This document shows positions 35,630-44,101 of a stretch of DNA of 44,894 nt, piece after piece (the stretch's first letter is position 1; every line of letters starts with the position of its first letter). The translations under genes were made by a program, and so were the position numbers. This stretch comes from a virus (Duplodnaviria; Caudoviricetes), in the IMG/VR virus record IMGVR_UViG_3300036803_000078, positions 1 through 44,894 of that record. The stretch is one strand, 5' to 3'. The notes under the pieces were generated by a model, which saw only the letters and a list, made by a program, of their open reading frames with translations, had not been told where the DNA came from and did not search any database.

Positions 35630-36283
35630 CTAGGGGCCCCTTTGCTTAAGCGCCGCGACCGCTGATTCGGTGTACTTAGTCCACCTGGCGCGGTTCAGGT
35701 CGATCTGCATCGCCTGCCGCGGCTCTTCAAAGCCTTTCTCCAGATGCAGCATGCGGTCTTCAATCGTGGTCACCCGCCACTGCTCGCCGGAAATCGAAAG
35801 CCACATGTGGTCATCGCGCTGGTAGCCGCCCTCGTCGGTGCGCGGGACGTCCTTGATGGTGAACCGCGGCGGAAAGATCTTCAGCTGCGCTAGCGCGATG
35901 CAGCCGGCCGGCGAGCCGGGATAGATCCTCGCCGGCTTGCCTTCGACCTCGCCCCATGAGAAATGGAAGCGTCGCCAGTCCTTAAGGACGGCTTCGAAGG
36001 CATTGTCCTCCGCCAAGTAACGCGGTAACTTGGGCCAACGGAGGCAATGCTCTTCGAAGCGTTTCCGCCAATCAGGCTCCTCGAGCTCGACGCTCATCGC
36101 TTCGGCTGGGGTCAATTTGTACCTCCGTAAAAGGCCAGATTTGTTGCGCTGCTGGACGTGATGCTCGGCCAGCAGGAACGCCAGATGCCCTGGATGTTGA
36201 TACGGGTTGCCGCGCCATTCGCAGACGTCGTAGGCCTCCGCGATGATCTCCGCAGCCTCGGCGACGTATTCAGGACCGCCCAA
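35630..36283 (-). CDS. Hypothetical protein
   Basis: 217 aa with protein-like composition; TTG start overlaps the upstream ORF. Confidence 0.6.
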   Translation of the reverse strand: MGGPEYVAEAAEIIAEAYDVCEWRGNPYQHPGHLAFLLAEHHVQQRNKSGLLRRYKLTPAEAMSVELEEPDWRKRFEEHCLRWPKLPRYLAEDNAFEAVLKDWRRFHFSWGEVEGKPARIYPGSPAGCIALAQLKIFPPRFTIKDVPRTDEGGYQRDDHMWLSISGEQWRVTTIEDRMLHLEKGFEEPRQAMQIDLNRARWTKYTESAVAALKQRGP

Positions 36284-36461
36284 GATCGTCGCAATGCGAT
36301 TTCTTAGCCCGATATTGCCGGAAGTAGGCGTTGCAAGCCTCTCTAGATGAGCGTCTTGACCCCGGCTTGGTCTTTGCCGCCGACATCAGCGCGCGGCGCA
36401 AGGGGCAATCCCATGCCAATCTGATAACGGCGTTGCGGGCGTCGAGTTGTGCCTGGGTCAT
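36270..36461 (-). CDS. Small basic hypothetical protein
   Basis: 63 aa with REA.NAY.RQYRAK. Confidence 0.45.
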   Translation of the reverse strand: MTQAQLDARNAVIRLAWDCPLRRALMSAAKTKPGSRRSSREACNAYFRQYRAKKSHCDDLGRS

Positions 36462-36500
36462 CCATACGATGAATCACAATCCCGATTCCGTGTGAATCCC

Positions 36501-36953
36501 CTACGACCGCAAAAGATTGACTAACAATCCTTGGAAGTCGGTATAATCTTTGTTCAGTTCTGGCAATGCGGTGACGACCCCATCCGGACCGCGCTCGATA
36601 TCGAGCATCCTCATTCGCATGTCCTTATGGTTGCCGGCGTGAATGATGACGCACTCCTTGCGATCTTCGCGCTGGCTCGGTGTAAGGCCGGTCGGATGCT
36701 TGAGATTTTCGGTCGCCATCCATGCTTCGGATAAAAACGAGTAACTGTCCGCCGCGTGGGTGCGCATCCAGATAGTCACCGCCTTGATCACCATCGTTTT
36801 AGTTTCGCCGCTCCATGGCGTCACTATGAGCGTAGCCGGCTGATGCTTGAACTGAATCACCCATGTCGGGATCAGTTGGGCGTCCTTCCGACCTATTAGC
36901 GCGCCGTGGGCGTGATCGATGGCGCGCTCGATCATTTCATCGAGGCTAAGCAT
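36501..36953 (-). CDS. Conserved hypothetical protein
   Basis: YSFLSEAW...PSQ..DRKE motif; 150 aa. Confidence 0.65.
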   Translation of the reverse strand: MLSLDEMIERAIDHAHGALIGRKDAQLIPTWVIQFKHQPATLIVTPWSGETKTMVIKAVTIWMRTHAADSYSFLSEAWMATENLKHPTGLTPSQREDRKECVIIHAGNHKDMRMRMLDIERGPDGVVTALPELNKDYTDFQGLLVNLLRS

Positions 36954-37302
36954 ACTTAGCCATCCGGGTGGCTTCCTTGGCCATTTCAGCGTTGACGCGG
37001 CGCACCAGATCGTCGCTGACAAACCGCTTGCGCACCTCGGTCGGCCCAAGCCGGTCGAACATGGCTTTTGTTTCGGCCGCGCTATTCGAGTGATTGGTGG
37101 TCGGATAACTGTCGGCGTCGCCGGTCAATGACTTGTAATAGATGGTGTTCTTGCTCACCCCAAACACTCGGGCGAGGATCGGCACGCGAACACCTTCGTT
37201 CCAGAACCAGCGGATCGCCATGCGATCGCCGTCCGACAACCCACCCTTGCGCGCCCGGCGCTTAGTCTGAAAGACCAGACTGGGGTCTAAAGCTACACTC
37301 AT
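36946..37302 (-). CDS. HTH DNA-binding protein A
   Basis: LS..DR.AI......GV....LARVFGVSKNTIYY; GGAG RBS and its own promoter. Confidence 0.7.
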   Translation of the reverse strand: MSVALDPSLVFQTKRRARKGGLSDGDRMAIRWFWNEGVRVPILARVFGVSKNTIYYKSLTGDADSYPTTNHSNSAAETKAMFDRLGPTEVRKRFVSDDLVRRVNAEMAKEATRMAKYA

Positions 37303-37332
37303 TGCAGTTTGCTCCACCAAGTTCGTGGTCCT

Positions 37333-37361
37333 AATATAGCGTCTCAATGTCGCAAGGTCAA
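37333..37361 (-). promoter_or_regulatory. Sigma70-like promoter
   Basis: TTGACC-17 nt-TATATT overlapping TTAGGAC. Confidence 0.65.
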
Positions 37362-37534
37362 TGAATCGGCCGGCCGAACGCCTTGGCGATCGCCTCGCGC
37401 GCGGCCTTGTCTTCGCGCTCGATGCGCGGCGCGCGCTCCTCGTTGGCGATGTCGCGCTCGAGCGCGGCAAGCAGCTTACGATCGGTGGCGCGGCGCTTGG
37501 CGCCGAATAGGCGCTCCCAATTACCCTTGGCCAT
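37358..37534 (-). CDS. Hypothetical protein (58 aa, not in the ORF track)
   Basis: MAKGNWERLFGAKRRATDRKLLAALERDIANEERAPRIEREDKAAREAIAKAFGRPIH; GGAG RBS. Confidence 0.6.
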   Translation of the reverse strand: MAKGNWERLFGAKRRATDRKLLAALERDIANEERAPRIEREDKAAREAIAKAFGRPIH

Positions 37535-37739
37535 GTTTGATCTCCACGGCGCGGCCGGCGGACCAACGGTGGGTCACCGGATCGTTGCTTTCGAGCGAGC
37601 GCCAGCCGCGGACGGAGGTCCAGCGGTCCATGAAGTCGCTGACGTATTGGTCCGCCTCTTCGCGGGTGGCGAAGCGCAAACCGTTGCCGGCCCATTTGCC
37701 GGAGGAATCCGCGATCACCTCGGTTTTGTAGCTAGTCAC
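37521..37739 (-). CDS. Early hypothetical protein (paralogue of 38046-38243)
   Basis: SYK.EV....GKW..NGL.F.T..EA...RWT.....R..ES..P...RW. Confidence 0.7.
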   Translation of the reverse strand: MTSYKTEVIADSSGKWAGNGLRFATREEADQYVSDFMDRWTSVRGWRSLESNDPVTHRWSAGRAVEIKHGQG

Positions 37740-38049
37740 AGCGCGTCACCTCGAATTTGCCGTCCTTCTGGATCACCGCCAAAAGTGAACAATTTCGGTA
37801 AAAGATCACCAGCTCACCGTTGATGTCGGTCGCGGCGCTCGGGCGGAACGGCGGATCGCCGGGAAAGCGCAAGGTGCGGTTCTTCTGCATCCGGAAGCCC
37901 TGGATGGGGCGCCAGCCGCCGCCATGGGCGTAGCGGTCCATGAGCTGCGCTTTGACCGGACGCCTGTCAGCGGCGCTTAGAATGTCAGGGAGGAACCCCA
38001 GGCCTTCCGGCAGGTGAAAGCTGGGGTCGAGGGAAACCCAGAGGCTCAT
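37732..38049 (-). CDS. Early conserved hypothetical protein
   Basis: LGFLP.IL...D.RP...Q...RYAHGGGW, FPGDPP and Q.DG.FEV.R.D. Confidence 0.7.
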   Translation of the reverse strand: MSLWVSLDPSFHLPEGLGFLPDILSAADRRPVKAQLMDRYAHGGGWRPIQGFRMQKNRTLRFPGDPPFRPSAATDINGELVIFYRNCSLLAVIQKDGKFEVTRCD

Positions 38050-38243
38050 TTGATCGGCTCCAGCTTGCCATCGACCCAACGATAATTCGGCGGTTCGTCG
38101 CTTTCGACCGCGCGTGAGTCGGTTAGGACCGTCCAGCGCATCAACAGCGCAAAAGCCTTAGCTTCCGGCTCAGTCGGGAAGGCAAGCCCGTTGGCGCGCC
38201 ACTTGCCGTCGACCAACATTTCTGGCTTCCAAGATTTGGGCAT
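38046..38243 (-). CDS. Early hypothetical protein (paralogue of 37521-37739)
   Basis: SWKPEM..DGKW..NGL.F.T..EA...RWT.....R..ES..P...RW; GAGG RBS. Confidence 0.7.
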   Translation of the reverse strand: MPKSWKPEMLVDGKWRANGLAFPTEPEAKAFALLMRWTVLTDSRAVESDEPPNYRWVDGKLEPIK

Positions 38244-38332
38244 TGTGGTATTCCTCTTTCTCGTATGATGTCGTCACTGCCGGCGCATGGCGGTGAACCA
38301 GAACGCGCCGGCAGGAAAGGCATCACCTCCTT

Positions 38333-38539
38333 TCAGCCGGCGCCTGTGTGGGCAGGCGCCAGGTTCAACGCGGCATGCAGCTTGTCCCAAAGCTCATGGT
38401 TTGTTTCGATCAACTGAATGAAGGTTCGATGCTCAGCGCCCTCGGCTGTCTTTAGTTTGTCGAACCAAACATCGTTGGCGCGGGTCAACGCAAACTGAAG
38501 ATTGTCAATCTCGTCTTCGGTTAATTCGAGCGTGATCAT
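38333..38539 (-). CDS. Early hypothetical protein
   Basis: GAGGT RBS; ATGA overlap. Confidence 0.6.
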   Translation of the reverse strand: MITLELTEDEIDNLQFALTRANDVWFDKLKTAEGAEHRTFIQLIETNHELWDKLHAALNLAPAHTGAG

Positions 38540-38796
38540 CGTTTCAACCTCATGGCTTCGGCCTGGCGATGGGCGAGCTCGCCAGCGTCAGGCGCGTCGT
38601 AATCCCCGTCGTAGCGTTTGTCGGCGCAACGCTCGCACAGGTAAGCGCCGCCGGCGGGGTCGTAGCCGGTCAAATCCTCGGCCCAGATTTCGGCGATGGC
38701 GTCGTCGCAATCGTCGCAGGCGATGCGCTTGGCGCGGATGCGGCGCGCGGCTTCGTCCTCGGCGTTGTCGAGCTTGTAATCATCATAAGCACTCAT
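38536..38796 (-). CDS. Early acidic Zn-finger protein
   Basis: CDDC...LCERC; GGAGGT RBS. Confidence 0.65.
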   Translation of the reverse strand: MSAYDDYKLDNAEDEAARRIRAKRIACDDCDDAIAEIWAEDLTGYDPAGGAYLCERCADKRYDGDYDAPDAGELAHRQAEAMRLKR

Positions 38797-38853
38797 TTTA
38801 CCCACCTCCAATTGTTGCCATAAAGAACAGCGCTTATGGCGTGTTTAGTTACA

Positions 38854-39039
38854 TTAACGCGCCTCTCTGAGAGCGCGCACAATGCGCTGGTCAGTGAGCG
38901 TGGAAATCCACGCACATGCTTCCCAGGCGCTGACGATGATGGACTCCCGCAGATCCTCGTCCAGCAGCAACAGCCATTCAGGCGCGAGATCCTCGGCGCG
39001 AGCGAGAAAGTCTTCGTAGGATATTTTTTCGTTAGTCAT
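38854..39039 (-). CDS. Early hypothetical protein
   Basis: AAGGTG RBS; 61 aa, acidic. Confidence 0.55.
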   Translation of the reverse strand: MTNEKISYEDFLARAEDLAPEWLLLLDEDLRESIIVSAWEACAWISTLTDQRIVRALREAR

Positions 39040-39106
39040 CACATCACCTTTCCGTGGCTTTGCCAGCAAGGGCGAACTTGGCGGGGTCGATCATGGCAAC
39101 CTGCCA

Positions 39107-39295
39107 TTAACCCGAGTGGCTTCGCGCGCCGCGCGGCTTGGCGAAGATGGCGCTGGCCAATTCGGCTTCGCGCTCGATGATGAAACGCTCGGCGGCGTTC
39201 GAACTGGCGAAACCAGCGACGAATTGGCCATTGCGCAAAACCAGCCAATCGCAATCGGCGTGGTCAGGAGTATCGTTAAACTTGAGAGTGAACAT
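39107..39295 (-). CDS. Early hypothetical protein
   Basis: AAGGA RBS; W.V.RNG..VA.F.S..AAE.FI. Confidence 0.55.
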   Translation of the reverse strand: MFTLKFNDTPDHADCDWLVLRNGQFVAGFASSNAAERFIIEREAELASAIFAKPRGARSHSG

Positions 39296-39386
39296 TTTGG
39301 CATTCCTTTTCGAGGGCGTCAGCCGCGCGGCCTGCGCGAAGAAACCGATGGACATTTCGCGAAACGTCGCGCGGCTAACGGTTATG

Positions 39387-39429
39387 GATATAGCGGATCG
39401 TTAGGACTACGTCAATGGTGATTAGGACT
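39387..39429 (-). promoter_or_regulatory. Sigma70-like promoter with two TTAGGACT boxes
   Basis: TTGACG-17 nt-TATATC; ttaggact at 39401-39408 and 39422-39429. Confidence 0.65.
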
Positions 39430-40102
39430 GATTTTCGAATTTATTTTTGGCCCAATCTTCGGCCTGCTGGCCGGTTAGGGCAGCTGGGAAGGCGAACGGC
39501 ACGGCTTGGTTGTTTTTCTGGTAGACGGCGAGCAGGGCCTTGCGCGAGCTATGGTAATTGTCTTCCGGCATGAGGCTTTCGACGCGTTTGGCGAAAATTG
39601 GGGTCAGGTTGGCGTCTATGCCGATCACGTGCAGGGCGATCCATTCGCCTTGGGCGTACGGGTGCGGCGCGATCTGGTGCAATTCGGGTCCGTTGGGGCC
39701 TTCGACGATATGCCAGCCTTCCAGGTCGGCGGGTTTATTGGCGCGGCTTTTCATGCGGGTTTGTTCGGCTTTGCCGGCGCGGTGGTGGCTCATGGCGACG
39801 TGGCAATCGCGGCGCATTTTTTCGGTGAAATATTTCTCGCCGATCATTTCGGCGCCGAGATCATGCCATTCGCGGGCGACGTCGCGGTATCGCGGATTGC
39901 GGGTGTGAGTGAGGCAGGCGCCGATGGCGTTGACGTTGGTCGGCGCGATGTTGAAGGCGCGGGCCACGACAATTTGGGGATATCCGAGATGAATGGCGAA
40001 TAATAGGCCGCACCTTTCTCCGAAAGTTAATCTCCGAAGTTCTTTTTTGCCGAATTCTGCGATATCTCTGCGAGCGCCATCGGTGATTTCGTTCATTTGC
40101 AC
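39422..40102 (-). CDS. HTH DNA-binding protein B (N-terminal domain paralogous to HTH A)
   Basis: LT..ER.GL......GY....VARAFNIAPTNV; AAGGA RBS. Confidence 0.65.
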   Translation of the reverse strand: MQMNEITDGARRDIAEFGKKELRRLTFGERCGLLFAIHLGYPQIVVARAFNIAPTNVNAIGACLTHTRNPRYRDVAREWHDLGAEMIGEKYFTEKMRRDCHVAMSHHRAGKAEQTRMKSRANKPADLEGWHIVEGPNGPELHQIAPHPYAQGEWIALHVIGIDANLTPIFAKRVESLMPEDNYHSSRKALLAVYQKNNQAVPFAFPAALTGQQAEDWAKNKFENQS

Positions 40103-40406
40103 TTTCCTTTTGTCATTGGAAATTGTATTTTTGACGGCGTTTTAGCAATAGTCAACATGAAAATTCCATCCTATAAGGATTGACCGGGTAAACCATTGCG
40201 CGTGAGAGAAAAAGGGCTTTTTTGAGGAACAAGAGGTGAACGAGAAAAGGGCGAATCGTCTTCCCGTAGTGGTTAACGTGGTATCGAGTTATAGCATGGG
40301 ATATTCATGTTCATTATTGCCGCAACAAATGTATGAAGGGCTTCGGCTGGCATCGGTGGCCACCTCTTCCACTGCGGGAGGGCGCCCGCGCGGCCGATCG
40401 GAGGCC

Positions 40407-40441
40407 AAAATAAAACCCCGCTCGGAAGCGGGGTTCATTTT
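40407..40441 (-). terminator. Intrinsic terminator downstream of the GP88-like gene (possibly bidirectional)
   Basis: aaccccgct-cgga-agcggggtt flanked by aaaataa and catttt. Confidence 0.75.
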
Positions 40442-40458
40442 GTGTTTATCGCAAAGTT

Positions 40459-41205
40459 TCAGCGCACCACGAAGCCGCTCGAGTCGGCCTTGGCGCGATT
40501 GCCTTTAGGCGAGAGGGCGATGACGACACCGCCTTTCGGGTCGAGGTGTCGAAGATCGTGTTCGTCGCCAGACACGACTGGCGCGCCAAGGTAGGTCGCC
40601 GGGAACGCGCCGGCGAACACGACGGCGACATTGCCGCCAGCGGCCAGGACGCGTTTGCAGTCCGCCTCGTTGGTTTCCGAGCGGCTAAAGGTTAGGTGAT
40701 AGTTGGGGGGCAGCTGGCCAGCCGCGTGCGCCAGCGCGCGGCGGACGTTCTTCGTATAGTCAACGAACTGGATATCGGGAAAGGCGGCAATGATGTTGCG
40801 ACCATCGCTGCCTTTTGCGCTTTCCCATCCAATGTCAGTTGCGCCATTCAGGCGCACGCAAAGCTTAAGGCCTTCGCGATCGGCGGCGCGTTGCGAGGCA
40901 TAAATTCCATTGATCATTTCGCGCATGAATGCAGCGCGATCGCTCATGAACAGTTTGACCTTGGCGACGCGCGACGCGCGGACCGAATTGATGGCGGTTT
41001 CCTCTTCCGCCTTTTTCACCATGCCGGCCTGGCCGGAGTACCAGCCGAGGCAAAGCGCGAGGCAGCCAGCGGAAGCATGGGGGCAAAGGTTGCCCATGCC
41101 TGCCGTTGCTGCAGGAGCCATGTAGTTAATGGCGTTCATGTAGCCATAGGCGCGTGCTTTGATCGCCTTTTGCGAGTCGAGGGAAAAGAACCGTTTGAAT
41201 TGCAT
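40459..41205 (-). CDS. GP88-family protein (radical-SAM-like Cys cluster)
   Basis: LCP.AS.GC...CL..SG, VRLNG.TDI.WE, F.DYTK, NYHLTFS.SE.N, G.NVAVVF and GDEHDLR.LD; GAGG RBS before ATG 41205. Confidence 0.8.
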   Translation of the reverse strand: MQFKRFFSLDSQKAIKARAYGYMNAINYMAPAATAGMGNLCPHASAGCLALCLGWYSGQAGMVKKAEEETAINSVRASRVAKVKLFMSDRAAFMREMINGIYASQRAADREGLKLCVRLNGATDIGWESAKGSDGRNIIAAFPDIQFVDYTKNVRRALAHAAGQLPPNYHLTFSRSETNEADCKRVLAAGGNVAVVFAGAFPATYLGAPVVSGDEHDLRHLDPKGGVVIALSPKGNRAKADSSGFVVR

Positions 41206-41301
41206 TGTGTGGCCTCTTCGGTCCACAGCCGGGTGGCTGTCAGACATGAAGCGTGATTGCTTCGTAACGCCCACGCTTCATGCGTGGGCGTTGCGCTGCA
41301 A

Positions 41302-41493
41302 TCAACCATCAATAATGATGTCGATAAGATTGGTTAGTGTGCCGTCGCATACTTTGTCGAAATGCTCGCAGCCACGTTGATTGCCGATGGTGATAAGGCG
41401 TTCAATGCATTGCTGCAATTCGACGTCTTCGCGGTTTGGATCGATCATATCCAGACGTTCAATGGCATAGGCGATAGCGGCTTCGGTGTTCAT
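41302..41493 (-). CDS. Early hypothetical protein
   Basis: AAGGAG RBS; 63 aa. Confidence 0.6.
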   Translation of the reverse strand: MNTEAAIAYAIERLDMIDPNREDVELQQCIERLITIGNQRGCEHFDKVCDGTLTNLIDIIIDG

Positions 41494-41712
41494 GAGTTCA
41501 CTCCTTGGATGCTGCAATCAAAGGCAAAGATTGTAGTAATAGACGCGCGCGTTCTCATGAGAACGTGCGCGTGCGCGCCATAGTTTTTTGTCGCTATCGG
41601 GATAGCGTGCGTAGCGGCGACACTTCACGGCTTGCAAGTAGTGCCATGTCATCAAGTGCTGGCAGTGTAACATCGGTCTCAACTCCAGCGCGCACCATGC
41701 GCGCGAGAGCCA

Positions 41713-41755
41713 CACATAGCGTGGTCTGTTCCTTATGTCAAGATCATAGTCCTAA
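41713..41755 (-). promoter_or_regulatory. First early sigma70-like promoter
   Basis: TTGACA-17 nt-TATGTG, with TTAGGACT just upstream of the -35. Confidence 0.6.
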
Positions 41756-41759
41756 TTAT

Positions 41760-42030
41760 TTCTAGGCATGCAAGTCATGCAGGTGCACTAAAGGTATACC
41801 CTAGGAAACTCACTACATGTAGTAGGTGAAATGCAGATCACACTGCGGTGTGATGCAATCAAGCAATGGTTGCATGCAAGCACAGCGTGCGACAGCACGC
41901 TGTGCTTGTGCAACCATCCGATCGAGGCGAACGCCTATTGGCGAGCCGCTCGAGCCCCTCCCACCCTAGGCTCTCCCTGACATCGGAGCCGGGGGTGTCA
42001 CCAATCGTTTTGTGTGCTAAGCTATACTAC
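41760..42030. other. Divergent non-coding control region with palindromes and hairpins (candidate origin, pac site or genome end)
   Basis: Lies between the early arm and terS. Long hairpin 41866-41917, hairpin 41837-41854, palindrome actacatgtagt 41812-41823, eight TGCA in about 145 nt. Confidence 0.5.
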
Positions 42031-42032
42031 AA

Positions 42033-42539
42033 ATGACAGATGAACATCCACATCTTACTTTAGTCGACCCAAACTATTCTACAGAGCACGATCAGGAGTT
42101 TCTACCGCTCCCTTACTACGCCTGGGACGAGCGTCCACCCACTCTGCCGCTCACTCACGACGAGGCGGCGACGGCGATCCATCTCGATCACGGCGATCTG
42201 CAGGCTGCCGCCATTCGGCTCAAGGTTCCGTTTGTTCGGCTCAACCGGCTGATCAAGCAAAGCCCGCGCCTGAAGCGCATCGTCGAGGAGGCGCTTGACG
42301 AGGTTCTTGCCCGGGCGGTTTCTCACCCAATCCAGACTTTGTTCGACCCGGCCGCCAACACCCGCGCCAAGGAGTGGGCTGCCTCTTTGGTGCTCAAGTC
42401 CAGGCTTGGTCAGGATCATCCGCTGGCTCCCAACCCGGCTGGCGCGCAGGCTCAGAGTTTGACGGTCGACACCGTGCAGCGCAGCATCACTTTCCGCTGG
42501 AGGACGGATGCAGACGACCTTCCCGACAATGGAGGCTAA
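42033..42539 (+). CDS. Probable terminase small subunit
   Basis: HTH-like AA.RLKV....L.RLI..SP.L; overlaps the terL start. Confidence 0.6.
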   Translation: MTDEHPHLTLVDPNYSTEHDQEFLPLPYYAWDERPPTLPLTHDEAATAIHLDHGDLQAAAIRLKVPFVRLNRLIKQSPRLKRIVEEALDEVLARAVSHPIQTLFDPAANTRAKEWAASLVLKSRLGQDHPLAPNPAGAQAQSLTVDTVQRSITFRWRTDADDLPDNGG

Positions 42540-43821
42540 AGCCCCCATCGATGAAATCGTCCTCCCTTACAAGCCAAGATCGTTCTTTGTCCCGCTGCAT
42601 CAGTCGGCCAAGCGCTGGAAGTTCGCCGTCTGTCATCGGCGCGCCGGCAAGACGGTGGCGTTGGCCAATGAGCTGATCGCCCGCGCTCTCAACAACCCGC
42701 GCCGCGATCCGCCGCCCAGGTACGCTTACATCGGCCCATCTTTCGACCAGACCAAGGATTTAGTGTGGGGCTACATCAAGCATTATACCGGGAACATTCC
42801 CGGCATTCGCCATCTCGAGGGCGAGCTCACTTGCGTTTTTCCTGGCGGCGCGACGATCAGGCTATATGGCGGCGCGCTGGCCTATGAGCGGATGCGCGGC
42901 ATCTATTTGGACGGCGCGGTGCTGGACGAGTACCCGCTGCTCAATCCGGCTGCCTTCACCTCGGTGGTTCGCCCCGCTCTGGCTGATTATCGCGGTTTCG
43001 CCATTGTCAGCGGCACCAGCGCTGGCGATGACCACTTTCACAAACTGAAGTTGCGGGCCGAGGACGACCCTGATTGGGCGATCTTCGACATCAAGATCGC
43101 CGACACTGGCGAGGAGGCGCTCAGCCGAGAAGAAGTCGGGGAGATGCGCAAGGACATGACGGCGGACGAGTTCGCGCGCGAGATGATGAACTCGTTCGAC
43201 GCGCCGGTCGAGGGGGCCTATTTCGCCGAGGCGCTCAACCTGCTGCAGTTGCAGGGGCGGGTGTGCAAAGTCCCGGTCGATCTCAACGCCAGCGTGCTCA
43301 CCAGTTGGGATCTGGGCATGCGGCATTTGCAGGTGGTGTGGCTGTTCCAGTTGGCCGGCCGCGAGGTGCACTGGATCGACTACATCGAAGGCTCCGGCAA
43401 GGCGCTCAGCTATTACACTGATCTTTTGGCGCTGAAATCGAAAGTCGGCAATTTCAATTACCGCGCCCATTTCCTGCCGCACGACGTCGAGGTGCGCGAG
43501 CTCACCACGGGTCAGTCCCGCAGGCACGAATTGTCCGGTTTGATGGCCGAGCCGGTGATCACCGTGCCCAATCACAACACCGACGACGGCATCACCGTCG
43601 CCCGTTCGGTGCTGGGCGTCTCATGGTTCGATCAGGACGCTTGCCGCAAGGGCTTGGCCAGGCTGCGCTCGTACCGTAAGGGAAAGAACGGCGCGGCGAT
43701 TCCCGACGAGGCCGAGGACACCGCGGACGGGTTCAGGACCGGCTGCGTTGGCATTCCGATGATCAGCTCGGTGCGTCACGGCGGCGGCCGGTTGCGGAGG
43801 CGGATCCGGGGGTTGGTTTGA
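42529..43821 (+). CDS. terL: Terminase large subunit
   Basis: HRRAGKT (Walker A), RG..LDGAVLDEY (Walker B), SGT coupling motif, SWDLG nuclease and LPHD motifs. Confidence 0.95.
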   Translation: MEAKAPIDEIVLPYKPRSFFVPLHQSAKRWKFAVCHRRAGKTVALANELIARALNNPRRDPPPRYAYIGPSFDQTKDLVWGYIKHYTGNIPGIRHLEGELTCVFPGGATIRLYGGALAYERMRGIYLDGAVLDEYPLLNPAAFTSVVRPALADYRGFAIVSGTSAGDDHFHKLKLRAEDDPDWAIFDIKIADTGEEALSREEVGEMRKDMTADEFAREMMNSFDAPVEGAYFAEALNLLQLQGRVCKVPVDLNASVLTSWDLGMRHLQVVWLFQLAGREVHWIDYIEGSGKALSYYTDLLALKSKVGNFNYRAHFLPHDVEVRELTTGQSRRHELSGLMAEPVITVPNHNTDDGITVARSVLGVSWFDQDACRKGLARLRSYRKGKNGAAIPDEAEDTADGFRTGCVGIPMISSVRHGGGRLRRRIRGLV

Positions 43822-44087
43822 TGGTCGGCAACCCCAATCTCTTCGATCAAGACGCCAGCTACCTTGCAACTTTGCCGGGACAGGCTCATTTTGCCGTCGA
43901 TAGCAACCACACATGCAGGGAGTGCGAACATTGGGCGAACCAGAGGGGCGAACGGAATCGGATCGGGCTTCTGAAGGAAGCGCGCTGCCGGAAGGCGCTG
44001 CTAAGCCTGAAGAATCCGCCGCCGATTCCGCACGACGCGACCGCGTGCCGCCATTTCGAGGCGTCGCGCAACCCGCCCCCAATCTAG
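43818..44087 (+). CDS. Small Cys-rich protein
   Basis: TCRECEHW...C.K...AC.HF; overlaps the terL stop. Confidence 0.65.
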   Translation: MMVGNPNLFDQDASYLATLPGQAHFAVDSNHTCRECEHWANQRGERNRIGLLKEARCRKALLSLKNPPPIPHDATACRHFEASRNPPPI

Positions 44088-44101
44088 ATCTTTTGGTGGA
44101 G

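Noticed and set aside
41543-41572. Protelomerase telRL site of a linear plasmid-phage
   Set aside because: No protelomerase or ParA/ParB gene was found. Kept only as an unexplained palindrome.
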